Positions 16,344 to 24,850 of a stretch of DNA of 55,736 nt are shown one piece after another. Location of the stretch: assembly GCA_964506565.1 (NCBI GenBank), contig CAZDLP010000001.1:2139-57874 (forward strand). Reading direction: 5' to 3'. The notes under the pieces are model-generated. The model did no database searches and was not told the DNA's origin. It saw only the letters and a program-made list of their open reading frames with translations. This DNA is from an uncultured Planctomycetia bacterium. GTDB lineage: Bacteria; Omnitrophota; Gorgyraeia; JABMRG01. The position numbers and the translations under genes are program-made. Each line of letters begins with the position of its first letter. Positions within the stretch are counted from its first letter, which is position 1.

Positions 16344-16742
16344 TTAGTGTATTAGTGAAGCTATAGTTATATTTTTAAGCTCTTTTAGCACATTATCCTC
16401 TATGCGCGTAATCTTCTTTCTTAAAGGGCAGGTTTTAATATTAGGACAGACCCTCTTTTTAAAAATACACTCATTAAGCTTGATATCGCCCTGAAAGGCC
16501 TTCATGATATCCAATAAAAATAATTTCTTAGGGCTACATACCAGGCTAAATCCGCCACCCTTGCCCTTGTATGATTTAAGAACACTGCCTTTATTCAGTA
16601 TCTGAAGTATCTTCCTTAAAAAAGGCCTGGGTATCTTTAGCCTCTTGACAAGTTCGTCGGTTGAAACCATCTCTTTTTCGCTCTCTGCTATAAAAGCGAT
16701 GGCCCTGACCGCGTAATCTGTATCGCGTGTAATAAGCTTCAT
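16344..16742 (-). CDS. Rrf2-family transcriptional regulator
   Basis: 'MKLITRDTDYAVRAI' is a typical Rrf2 N-terminus. I moved the start to the internal ATG, which is preceded by AAGGAAG. Three C-terminal Cys residues may ligate a cluster. Confidence 0.8.
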   Translation of the reverse strand: MKLITRDTDYAVRAIAFIAESEKEMVSTDELVKRLKIPRPFLRKILQILNKGSVLKSYKGKGGGFSLVCSPKKLFLLDIMKAFQGDIKLNECIFKKRVCPNIKTCPLRKKITRIEDNVLKELKNITIASLIH

Positions 16743-16833
16743 GGCATCTTCCTTTTCATAAAGATACCATATTAGTATCATTTTGTCAAGAAAAAAATAT
16801 TATCCCTCTTTTCTTAAAGCTATCCAGCGCATA

Positions 16834-17016
16834 TTATACATCCGGATGAAGCTGTTTTTTATAATACTCGTAACAGCGCTTGCAAAGGCCATTCTTCTCT
16901 ATCCAATCAGGGTGTGCCTTCTTAACAACATCTATAATGTGTTCTTCTGTATGCGATATTACAACAAGTAAGTCTCTTGACATGGACTTATTACATGTAG
17001 GGCAGATAAAATCCAT
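16834..17016 (-). CDS. Small CxxC...CxxC zinc-ribbon-like protein, function unknown
   Basis: 60 aa with 'CPTC' and 'CKRC', sitting between ogg and the Rrf2 gene. Confidence 0.4.
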   Translation of the reverse strand: MDFICPTCNKSMSRDLLVVISHTEEHIIDVVKKAHPDWIEKNGLCKRCYEYYKKQLHPDV

Positions 17017-17037
17017 TCATTCTCCTTTTCTCGCGAA

Positions 17038-17688
17038 CTATTTGTATATGAAGCCTGTCTGATGGGACCAAAACAAGAGATCCAGCGCGTCAAGCGGGAT
17101 ATCTATATCCTTTGCGAATCGCCTCATTCTTTCTTCTATATGGAAATATAGTTTTTTACCCATAGATACAGGGATATCTCTTATCACGTTAAATCGCTTA
17201 AGATTCTTTAGTATATGTGTATCCAGAATAACAAGGTCTCTGCCCAGGCCTATATTGCGCATAAAGTGGCCCGCTTCCTTGTAACCTATCCCCTTGATGT
17301 TACTTACAAGCCATTCTCTGGTTGCCAAAGTATCTTTAGCTATCAGGCCTTTCTTTATGCGAAACCTCGCACCTCTGCTGAAAAAATCTCTGGCCTCGAC
17401 AAGATACCCGGCCTTATTGTTGTGAAACCTGACTATGCCTCTTATCTCTTTTGCTATTTTCTCTTTAGCGCCTTTATATAAGAGCTTAGTCTTTTTAAGC
17501 TTTTTTACAGCCCTGTCCCCGTTCAATGCCTTTGAGCCCGGAGTAAATAAGCAAAATACCAATTCCTCGAATACCCCCCTTTCAGAGAGCCTGTCAAATT
17601 TGTTAAACTGCTTAAGCCTTTTAGTTATAGCCGGCCTTTTTAATCTATATTCTTTTTGCAGTTCAGATACATCGGGATCTCTTGCCAT
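17038..17688 (-). CDS. ogg: 8-oxoguanine DNA glycosylase/AP lyase (Ogg2-type, HhH-GPD)
   Basis: 216 aa with the helix-hairpin-helix 'IKGIGYKEAGHFMRNIG...ILDTHI'. Confidence 0.75.
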   Translation of the reverse strand: MARDPDVSELQKEYRLKRPAITKRLKQFNKFDRLSERGVFEELVFCLFTPGSKALNGDRAVKKLKKTKLLYKGAKEKIAKEIRGIVRFHNNKAGYLVEARDFFSRGARFRIKKGLIAKDTLATREWLVSNIKGIGYKEAGHFMRNIGLGRDLVILDTHILKNLKRFNVIRDIPVSMGKKLYFHIEERMRRFAKDIDIPLDALDLLFWSHQTGFIYK

Positions 17689-17704
17689 AGCCTTAAGCTC
17701 TTTA

Positions 17705-18610
17705 CTACTTGTTTATCAGATAACGAAAGGCTGACAGCGCTGCCTTCGCACCCTCTCCAGCTGCTACTATTATCTGTTTCTCGGGAACGTTTGTAACGTC
17801 CCCAGCGGCGAATATGCCCGGCGTACTTGTCTCACAGGCGCAATTTATTATTATTTCATTTAGGCTGTTCTTATCAACGACTTCAACAAAATCTGAATTC
17901 GGCACAAGACCTATCTCTACAAATACCCCTTCTACGGCTATCTCTTCTTTGACGTTATTGCGCTCTATCTCTATTGCTTTTACAAATTTCTCTCCCTTTA
18001 CCTCAACTATCCTACTTTTGTTTAATACCGTAATCTTGTCACTCTTCTTAACAGCCTCTTGCATTATAGCGTCTGCTGTAAGGGCTTCTCCGATATTTAT
18101 TATATATATCTTACTCGCGATTTTTTCTAATCCGATAGCGGCATCCAAAGCAGAGTTACCGCCGCCTATTACCGCGACTTGTTTATTGGCAAATAACGGA
18201 CCATCGCATGTCGCGCAATAGGCTATGCCCTTGCCCTTAAACTCTTCCTCGCCTTTTATGCCAAGCTCTTTTGGCATCTTACCTGACGCTATTATAACCG
18301 CTTTTGCCTCGTATTGCGCCTTGTCTGTTTTTATTAATATTATCTCTCTATCCTTTGCAAGAGATAAGATCTCTTCTTCCTCATTAATCTTAATCTTATA
18401 CGCGTCTATATGATCTTTAAGCCTCTTTGTAAGCTCTGGCCCTGTTATAAACTGGTAGCCTGTATAATTTTCTATATCACCGCTCCAAGCGGTCTGTCCG
18501 CCTATATCCTTGCTCAAAACAAGGATATTCATTTTTTTACGCGCCGCGTAAATACCTGCTGTTATCCCGGCGGGGCCAGCACCTATAACTATAAGATCAT
18601 ATATCATCAA
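17705..18610 (-). CDS. Thioredoxin-reductase-like FAD-dependent pyridine nucleotide-disulfide oxidoreductase
   Basis: 301 aa with 'VIGAGPAG', the redox motif 'CATCDG' and 'GGGNSA'. Confidence 0.85.
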   Translation of the reverse strand: MMIYDLIVIGAGPAGITAGIYAARKKMNILVLSKDIGGQTAWSGDIENYTGYQFITGPELTKRLKDHIDAYKIKINEEEEILSLAKDREIILIKTDKAQYEAKAVIIASGKMPKELGIKGEEEFKGKGIAYCATCDGPLFANKQVAVIGGGNSALDAAIGLEKIASKIYIINIGEALTADAIMQEAVKKSDKITVLNKSRIVEVKGEKFVKAIEIERNNVKEEIAVEGVFVEIGLVPNSDFVEVVDKNSLNEIIINCACETSTPGIFAAGDVTNVPEKQIIVAAGEGAKAALSAFRYLINK

Positions 18611-18843
18611 ATACCTAATTTTTGGCTTATGGCATCCTTGTCAAAACCTATGGTTATTTCGCCGTCTATCTCTACAACAGGCACCCCCATCTGGCCGCTC
18701 TTCTTGACCATCTCATCCGCTTTAGCGGGATCGGATGAGACATCTACATTCTCAAATTCAACGCCTTTTTCCGTTAAAAACTCTTTTAGCCTTATGCAAT
18801 GGGGACAGCTCTGTGTAGTATAAGCAGTAATCTTATCAGCCAT
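18607..18843 (-). CDS. Glutaredoxin-like small redox protein
   Basis: 78 aa with the active site 'CPHC'. It overlaps the TrxR-like gene by 4 nt. Confidence 0.8.
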   Translation of the reverse strand: MADKITAYTTQSCPHCIRLKEFLTEKGVEFENVDVSSDPAKADEMVKKSGQMGVPVVEIDGEITIGFDKDAISQKLGI

Positions 18844-18848
18844 TTGTT

Positions 18849-19343
18849 TTATTCTCCTTTTTTATTTAGCATTTCTTTTCTTAAATTCCATAGCTTTAGC
18901 ACATGCTCTTTCTCTTGAGAGATAATCTCCTCTATAAGGGGCTTATCCTTATCAGGTATTATCTTCTTCATGGACTCGTAGATAAGTATGGAATCCTTTT
19001 CAATGCCTATGCTAAAATCTATCGCGCCCCTAGCAGATTCTACTCTGGAAAAACGCTCGTTTAATTCCTGCGCGTCATTAAAGATATAATCTTGCGCTAT
19101 CGCGTTAAAATACGCGAAATAATCCTGTGGATATGACTCGCAAGGTTCATGCCTCATAACAGAGCTGAGTATCTCCTTAAATTTCTTCTCGTGATCCGCT
19201 TCTTCTTCTGACATGTAAAGGAAAAAATCCTTCGCCTTCTCTTCCTTTAGCTTTTTTGAGAACTCTGTATAAAATGTCCTGCCATTTTTTTCTATCTCTA
19301 TGGCTATCTCTACTATATCAGTAGCTGAAAAGGTTTTGTCCAT
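18849..19343 (-). CDS. Ferritin-like / rubrerythrin-family diiron protein
   Basis: 164 aa with four-helix-bundle ExxH-type motifs (EEEADHEKKF, EKEHVLKL). Confidence 0.65.
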   Translation of the reverse strand: MDKTFSATDIVEIAIEIEKNGRTFYTEFSKKLKEEKAKDFFLYMSEEEADHEKKFKEILSSVMRHEPCESYPQDYFAYFNAIAQDYIFNDAQELNERFSRVESARGAIDFSIGIEKDSILIYESMKKIIPDKDKPLIEEIISQEKEHVLKLWNLRKEMLNKKGE

Positions 19344-19344
19344 A

Positions 19345-19470
19345 TCAACCCTCTATCTTTTCCATCGGTTGCTCACAACAAACAAGTTCGCCTCCGCCTA
19401 CTTTAGTGACCGTTACCGCATTACCGCATACATTGCATCTATAGTTCTCACCTGTCTTCTCAACCGCCAT
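19345..19470 (-). CDS. Desulforedoxin (41 aa), not present in the supplied ORF track
   Basis: My minus-strand translation is MAVEKTGENYRCNVCGNAVTVTKVGGGELVCCEQPMEKIEG. This carries the desulforedoxin CxxCGN...GG.L.CC..M signature. A GGAGG SD lies 5 nt upstream, and the stop is 1 nt before the next gene's ATG. Confidence 0.85.
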   Translation of the reverse strand: MAVEKTGENYRCNVCGNAVTVTKVGGGELVCCEQPMEKIEG

Positions 19471-19483
19471 ATCAGCCTCCTTT

Positions 19484-20434
19484 TTATATGTTTGCCTTTT
19501 TTATGATATCTTTTAGTACGCCTGCTGATGATACAAGTTGAGCCTGCTCATCCTTTGAGAGGTCAAGCCTTAAAACCTTTTTAACGCCTTCTTTATTTAT
19601 TATTGACGGTATGCTAAGGCATATATCTTTTATACCATAATAACCCTCGATATATGCAGATATAGGCAACACGGAATTCTCATCCCTTATAATAGCCTCA
19701 ACAATGCGTACCAATGCCAGGGCTATAGCATATGATGTAGCGCCTTTTGTGCTTATTATCTCATACGCCGCGTTCTTGACCTGGTTGAATATATTATCGA
19801 GTTCCATATGATAGTTGCATTTGCTGTTACATAAAGGGCAGTATTCCTTCAATACCATGCCTGCTATGCTGGCATGGCTCCAAACAGCAAGCTCTGTATC
19901 GCCGTGCTCTCCGATAATATAGGCGTGTACATTTCTTGGGTCTACGTTACAGTGTTTGCCGATTAAAAACCTGAGTCTGGAGCTATCAAGCACGGTTCCA
20001 GAACCCATTACCCTGTTCTTGGGCAATCCCGATATTTTTTGAGTAACATATGTAAGTATATCCATGGGGTTTGACACAACAAGCAATATCGCGTCTTTTG
20101 AGTATTTAGTTATAGCAGGGATCATCTCTTTAAATATTGATATATTATTCTCTACCAGGTCTAATCTACTCTGGCCCGGTTTTTGTCCGACACCCGCAGT
20201 TATAACTACTATATCAGCACCCTCGCAGCCTTCGTAACCGGAATGAGATATCAATACAGGTTTTATAAAACTCGCGCCATGGTTTAGGTCCATGGATTCG
20301 CCTTTTGCTCTTTCCTGATTAGTATCTACAAGCGTTATCTCTCGCGCTATGCCGCTTGTGCTTAACGCGAAAGCAAATGTACTACCTACATTACCACAGC
20401 CGACTATCGCTATCTTTGGTTTTTGTGTCTTCAT
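19484..20434 (-). CDS. ldh: L-lactate (or malate) dehydrogenase
   Basis: 316 aa with 'IAIVGCGNVGST' and 'GEHGDT'. Confidence 0.85.
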   Translation of the reverse strand: MKTQKPKIAIVGCGNVGSTFAFALSTSGIAREITLVDTNQERAKGESMDLNHGASFIKPVLISHSGYEGCEGADIVVITAGVGQKPGQSRLDLVENNISIFKEMIPAITKYSKDAILLVVSNPMDILTYVTQKISGLPKNRVMGSGTVLDSSRLRFLIGKHCNVDPRNVHAYIIGEHGDTELAVWSHASIAGMVLKEYCPLCNSKCNYHMELDNIFNQVKNAAYEIISTKGATSYAIALALVRIVEAIIRDENSVLPISAYIEGYYGIKDICLSIPSIINKEGVKKVLRLDLSKDEQAQLVSSAGVLKDIIKKANI

Positions 20435-20460
20435 ATCTTGTCCTCACATATAAAACTATG

Positions 20461-21111
20461 TTATATAATTATATTTTTGAGTTTTAAGATATCATCAATC
20501 ATATAATCAGGTTTTGCTTTCTCTAAATCTTTCTTTTCGCCGAAACCATATGTAGTAACGCATGTGATAACACCCGAAGCACGGCCGGCTATTATATCCA
20601 CATCCATATCACCGACCATAATAACTTTTTTTCTATCCCGGATCACTTTTTTATTCAACAACCTATCAAACTGGCACCTGCTAGGCTTGAGGCAGCTTGT
20701 GTTGTCATCACCGATAACATCGTCAAAATAAGAATATATACCCATTTTCTTTAGCATGATTACCGATGAATTATGATTACGGTTTGTTATGACCGCCATC
20801 TGTTTATTTTTGAAATAGTCTAGCGTATCCTCAACCCCTGGATAAAGGTACGCATAGTCCGCGGGATGGGCCTTGTGATAGCTCTTAAAGATATCCAAGC
20901 CCTTTTCTCTTAGCTCAACTTCTCTGGGGCGCAGAGATCTGTCTATCAGCTCCAATATGCCATGTCCGACATAGGATATGATCTCATCCGGTGTTTTTTG
21001 AGGCATTCCCAATTTATCAAGCATAAAATTTATTGCGTTTGAGATGTCCTGCCTTGAATCCACAAGAGTGCCGTCTAAATCAAATATAATAAGCTCTATA
21101 TCTCTCTGCAT
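20461..21111 (-). CDS. HAD-family hydrolase (phosphoglycolate phosphatase-like)
   Basis: 216 aa with 'IFDLDGTLVDS' and 'VGDMDVDI'. Confidence 0.8.
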   Translation of the reverse strand: MQRDIELIIFDLDGTLVDSRQDISNAINFMLDKLGMPQKTPDEIISYVGHGILELIDRSLRPREVELREKGLDIFKSYHKAHPADYAYLYPGVEDTLDYFKNKQMAVITNRNHNSSVIMLKKMGIYSYFDDVIGDDNTSCLKPSRCQFDRLLNKKVIRDRKKVIMVGDMDVDIIAGRASGVITCVTTYGFGEKKDLEKAKPDYMIDDILKLKNIII

Positions 21112-21154
21112 AGTTTAAACAACGCTACAAGACCCTTAAAATCTCTCGTGTGTA

Positions 21155-21868
21155 TTAATAGCCTGTGAAATTCTCTGTTACGATTTTTTCTGCGGGGATA
21201 CTCAATTTATCTTTTAATATATTATTTAATGCTTCTACCATAGCAGGGGGGCCGCATATAAAAAATACCCTTTCCTTATAATCAGGCATCTCCTCTGTTA
21301 TCATATCCGCGTCTATATAACCTAACAATCCCTGCCATTTACTCTTATCTATATCCTTAGAAGCAAGCGTGTAAATCGCCCTAAAGTTAGCCCTCTCTTT
21401 AGCGATAAGGTCGAAGTCTTGCTTGAATACGATATCCTGCTCCTCGTTATTGCCGTAAAACAGAGTCATATCGGTAGTAAGGCCTTTATCCGCAACAAAT
21501 TTTACTATGCTTCTTATAGGTGTTATACCTATACCGCCTGATAAAAAAGCTATTCTTTCGTATTCACCGGTAAATGTAAAATTCCCGGAAGGCGCTTTTA
21601 TCTTAGCCTGGTCACCTCGCTTAAGCTGATTTAAGCCATTAGAAAAGTCACTACTAGTAAGGCGCTTTGTAAACTCTATGTAGCCATCCTCAGTCGGCGA
21701 ATTGGAAAACGAGAAGTGCTTTGTTCTCTCCTGGCCATCTATCATAATACCGACAAAGAAAAACTGACCCGGTTTAAATGTAAGGGTTTTATCGGTCTTA
21801 AATCTAAAACTCTTTACACCAGGGGCCCTGTCTATAACAGCGATAACCTCTGTCTCAAATATAATCAT
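21155..21868 (-). CDS. Ferredoxin-NAD(P)+ reductase-like FAD/NAD(P)-binding oxidoreductase
   Basis: 237 aa with FNR-fold motifs (FSFSN, GGIGITP, CGPPAM). Confidence 0.75.
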   Translation of the reverse strand: MIIFETEVIAVIDRAPGVKSFRFKTDKTLTFKPGQFFFVGIMIDGQERTKHFSFSNSPTEDGYIEFTKRLTSSDFSNGLNQLKRGDQAKIKAPSGNFTFTGEYERIAFLSGGIGITPIRSIVKFVADKGLTTDMTLFYGNNEEQDIVFKQDFDLIAKERANFRAIYTLASKDIDKSKWQGLLGYIDADMITEEMPDYKERVFFICGPPAMVEALNNILKDKLSIPAEKIVTENFTGY

Positions 21869-21878
21869 AATTTAAATA

Positions 21879-22322
21879 TTAGAGTTCTACCTCGTTAAAC
21901 CACGCGCCATGCTGATTGCAAAGAGCTATAGCGCCTATCTGGCCACTGCCTGGCTTAAGATGTAATGCTGCCGCGGCATTTAGCCTCTCCGACGTAAGAT
22001 GCGTGCGCGCTACAAATTTTTTATCTATGTAGAAATCTATGTGCATTATGTAATGAGCCTCTTCCATAGGATGCTTAATCTCACCTAATTTTACATGGAC
22101 ATCTGTGCATTCATTAGGAATAAGGCCACATTTCTTTACCACTGTTATAGCCGGTATGTGTTTTTTTTCAAGATCTGAGAGGTTATCCGGATCCTGCGGT
22201 TGTTTTATAGCACTCTGGTTCTCCTCAAAAGCGCTCTTTCCCGCGCCGCAAACAGGACAACGCTCCGGTGCCTCACCATCTATAGCTATATATTTACATA
22301 TTTTACATACATAAGCATTCAT
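21879..22322 (-). CDS. Superoxide reductase with an N-terminal rubredoxin-like CxxC...CxxC domain
   Basis: 147 aa. The N-terminus is 'CKICKY...CPVCG'. The SOR centre-II ligands are 'EKKHIP', 'HPMEEAHYI' and 'CNQHG'. Confidence 0.8.
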   Translation of the reverse strand: MNAYVCKICKYIAIDGEAPERCPVCGAGKSAFEENQSAIKQPQDPDNLSDLEKKHIPAITVVKKCGLIPNECTDVHVKLGEIKHPMEEAHYIMHIDFYIDKKFVARTHLTSERLNAAAALHLKPGSGQIGAIALCNQHGAWFNEVEL

Positions 22323-22345
22323 CTTAATCCCTCCCCTTTTAATAT

Positions 22346-22921
22346 CTAGTAGTTTTCACAAAGTAACTCGTAATAACTTTGCGGGTGATAGCATGCCGGA
22401 CATTCATTAGGCGCTTCATTGCCCTCGTGTACATAACCACAATTACGACATTTCCACTTTACGGTTTCATCCTTTTTAAAGACTTTCTTATTCTCTATAT
22501 TGTTGAGAAGTTTACGAAAACGCTTTTCATGTTCTTCTTCTACCTCCGCTATCTCTTTAAACTGAATCGCTATCTCGTCAAATCCTTCTGCCCTGGCTGT
22601 ATCTTCCGCGTCTTTATAAAGCTTTGTCCATTCCTCGTTCTCTCCGTTAGCGGAAGCTAAGAGATTTTGAGGCGTATCGCCTACGATACCTGCGGGATAA
22701 CTTACCTGAATCTCGACCTCTCCACCTTCTAAGAATTTAAAGAACCTCTTCGCGTGTTCTTTTTCGTTATCAGCAGTCTCAAGAAATATGGCTGCTATCT
22801 GCTCAAAGCCGGCTTTTTTCGCAACAGAGGCGAAATACGTATAACGGTTTCTTGCCTGGCTCTCACCCGCGAAAGATGCTAATAAGTTCTTCTCTGTCTG
22901 TGTACCCTTAATGCTCTTCAT
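22346..22921 (-). CDS. rbr: Rubrerythrin
   Basis: Diiron ExxH motifs plus the C-terminal rubredoxin domain 'CRNCGY...CPAC'. I moved the start to the second ATG, because GGAGGA lies inside the first five codons of the longer ORF. Confidence 0.9.
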   Translation of the reverse strand: MKSIKGTQTEKNLLASFAGESQARNRYTYFASVAKKAGFEQIAAIFLETADNEKEHAKRFFKFLEGGEVEIQVSYPAGIVGDTPQNLLASANGENEEWTKLYKDAEDTARAEGFDEIAIQFKEIAEVEEEHEKRFRKLLNNIENKKVFKKDETVKWKCRNCGYVHEGNEAPNECPACYHPQSYYELLCENY

Positions 22922-22958
22922 ATATCCTCCTATCATGTTTATTTACTGCTCTGTTATG

Positions 22959-23067
22959 ACCACTGTCCCGAACGATTTGGAAACCACTAACAAGCGGTTC
23001 ATACCGGAAGGTTCCTTAAATGCTGTTAATATAGTCCTATTGCATTTAAGAAACTGTTTCGGTTTTT
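22959..23067 (-). repeat. 109-nt intergenic repeat, copy R1 (between the PNPOx-family gene stop and the rbr RBS)
   Basis: Gap-free alignment to 50361..50469 gives 83/109 identities by hand count. The ends are identical (accactgtcccgaac ... aaactgtttcggttttt). A conserved 9-bp hairpin shows two compensatory changes. Confidence 0.6.
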
Positions 23068-23075
23068 GATGTTGG

Positions 23076-23534
23076 CTACTTTAACGCATGGGGGGTAAGG
23101 TCAACAACGCTGTCGACCATCATCTCTATAGCGTATTCAGGTATCGGAAAGAGTATCTCCGGATGCTTTGGATGGCCCTTTTTGCCTTTAATGTTTCGCA
23201 ATATCCTCTGTGATACCCTGCTTGTCACCTTCTTCTCCCATGCCTTCATCATATCTTCTGTTATCTTTTCTCCTGATATCATCCTGGCCTTACCTTTTAA
23301 TGAGTAACCTTGAAACTGATGCTCATCCACTACAGTCAGCGATATATTAGGATTAAGCTGTAAATTCGCATATGTCCTCTGCTTATAAAGATCCAGAAGG
23401 CATATTATACCCTGCTTATCTATGTCAACAATGCCTTTACACGAATTATGTATCGCGCCATTTTTATCTAAGGTAGATATGATCGCGTAATGCTGCTTTT
23501 TTAAAAAATCAATTAAGTCATCATTAATTTTCAT
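23076..23534 (-). CDS. Pyridoxamine 5'-phosphate oxidase-family flavoprotein
   Basis: 152 aa; overall resemblance to the split-barrel FMN-binding family (weak, motif-level only). Confidence 0.55.
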   Translation of the reverse strand: MKINDDLIDFLKKQHYAIISTLDKNGAIHNSCKGIVDIDKQGIICLLDLYKQRTYANLQLNPNISLTVVDEHQFQGYSLKGKARMISGEKITEDMMKAWEKKVTSRVSQRILRNIKGKKGHPKHPEILFPIPEYAIEMMVDSVVDLTPHALK

Positions 23535-23557
23535 AACGTACTCTTATGTTAAAATCT

Positions 23558-23983
23558 TTATCTGAAAAAATCAAAATATATCGCTAGGGCCAGGGCTAAG
23601 CCTGAAAAAAAGAATATGCAGAAGTAATTCACAGCATCTTTTTTTGATAGGAGTTTGCAGATTATGGTCCCTAGAACCTCATAGTCATGCTCTGAAAGCT
23701 CCTTCTTAAGAATAAGCTTATCCCTTAACTGACAGCTCTCAAGCTCCCTGCGAACGATATTATCGTATCTGAACTTATACACGAAAAATATCAGGAACCC
23801 TATAACACCCGTATACCAGAAAGCCTTTGCTAGAGTCGGATTGGTATTCATGAATACATTTACTATTCTTATGGATATTACAGCTACGATAGCCGTAAAA
23901 AAGAATATCCATGAAACAAAAGACTCTTTGCATCTCTTTAACTTAAAACAATCTGTACATACAAACTTATTCTCTTTTGCCAT
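23558..23983 (-). CDS. Hypothetical membrane protein
   Basis: 141 aa with three predicted hydrophobic helices and an N-terminal 'CTDC'. Confidence 0.45.
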   Translation of the reverse strand: MAKENKFVCTDCFKLKRCKESFVSWIFFFTAIVAVISIRIVNVFMNTNPTLAKAFWYTGVIGFLIFFVYKFRYDNIVRRELESCQLRDKLILKKELSEHDYEVLGTIICKLLSKKDAVNYFCIFFFSGLALALAIYFDFFR

Positions 23984-23997
23984 GACTTTAAAATACC

Positions 23998-24222
23998 TTA
24001 AGCGGATACTACTTCTTTTACCTCAGGTATCTCCTGCTTTAAGGTGCTCTCTATGCCCTGTTTAAGCGTCATCTGACTCATAGGACAACCCGCGCAAGCT
24101 CCTTTTAACCTTACCTTTACAACACCTGCCTCATCCACATCTATCAGCTCCACGTCACCGCCATCATTCTGTAATGAAGGCCTTATCTTTTCCAATACCG
24201 CTTCCACTCGTTCTTTTAACAT
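23998..24222 (-). CDS. NifU C-terminal-domain (Nfu-type) Fe-S carrier
   Basis: 74 aa with 'GACAGCPMS'. Confidence 0.85.
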   Translation of the reverse strand: MLKERVEAVLEKIRPSLQNDGGDVELIDVDEAGVVKVRLKGACAGCPMSQMTLKQGIESTLKQEIPEVKEVVSA

Positions 24223-24227
24223 GCTCT

Positions 24228-24716
24228 TTATCTCCTGTTTGTAAGTTCTTTGTCTATCTTAGCGATCCCTTCCGCGTCCCTTCCGGCTTGATCTATTTTA
24301 CTTATTATGCCCGCAGGAGTAGCCTCTTCCTCCATCTGCTCTCTAACGAACCAGCCTAAAAAATCCTCTGCTTCTTTATCGTTATCCTGTTTCGCGATAT
24401 CTACAAGCTCATGTATAAGCTTTGTTACGTTCTTCTCATGCGCGAGAGTCTTCTCAAAGAGTTCCGGCGCAGAACTGAAATCCTGTGGCGGTGATTCGAT
24501 CGCCTCCATAATAACGCGTATACCCTGGCTATTAAGATAATCGCACATCTTGTCAGAGTGCTCCATCTCTTCCTTGAACTGATGCTTAAACCAGTTTGAA
24601 AAACCCTTTAACCCGATAAAATCCGCGTAAGCAGCCATACCAAGATATAGGTATCCTGAATATATCTCTCTGTTTATCTGGTAATTAATCTTCTTTGCTA
24701 AATTTTCACTGATCAC
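24228..24716 (-). CDS. ftn: Non-haem ferritin
   Basis: 162 aa with '[16 protein letters not shown]' and 'EEMEH'. GTG start with an AAGGAG SD. Confidence 0.85.
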   Translation of the reverse strand: MISENLAKKINYQINREIYSGYLYLGMAAYADFIGLKGFSNWFKHQFKEEMEHSDKMCDYLNSQGIRVIMEAIESPPQDFSSAPELFEKTLAHEKNVTKLIHELVDIAKQDNDKEAEDFLGWFVREQMEEEATPAGIISKIDQAGRDAEGIAKIDKELTNRR

Positions 24717-24850
24717 GTTAAACTCCTTTTAATAATAAATTGAGTGGGTAGTTTAATGTCATACCCAGGACTATCTACTGCAACCTTCTTTACAATGTGA
24801 AACCGGCATAAGCATCCATTTTTTTATAAACATGCGTATCACCTCACTTT

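Noticed and set aside
24771-24833. 20-aa minus-strand ORF (MFIKKWMLMPVSHCKEGCSR) with a GAGGTG SD-like sequence in the nifU-ferritin spacer
   Set aside because: It is too short and has no recognisable family. The SD-like sequence could be chance in a 134-nt spacer. Without conservation data I cannot support it as a gene.
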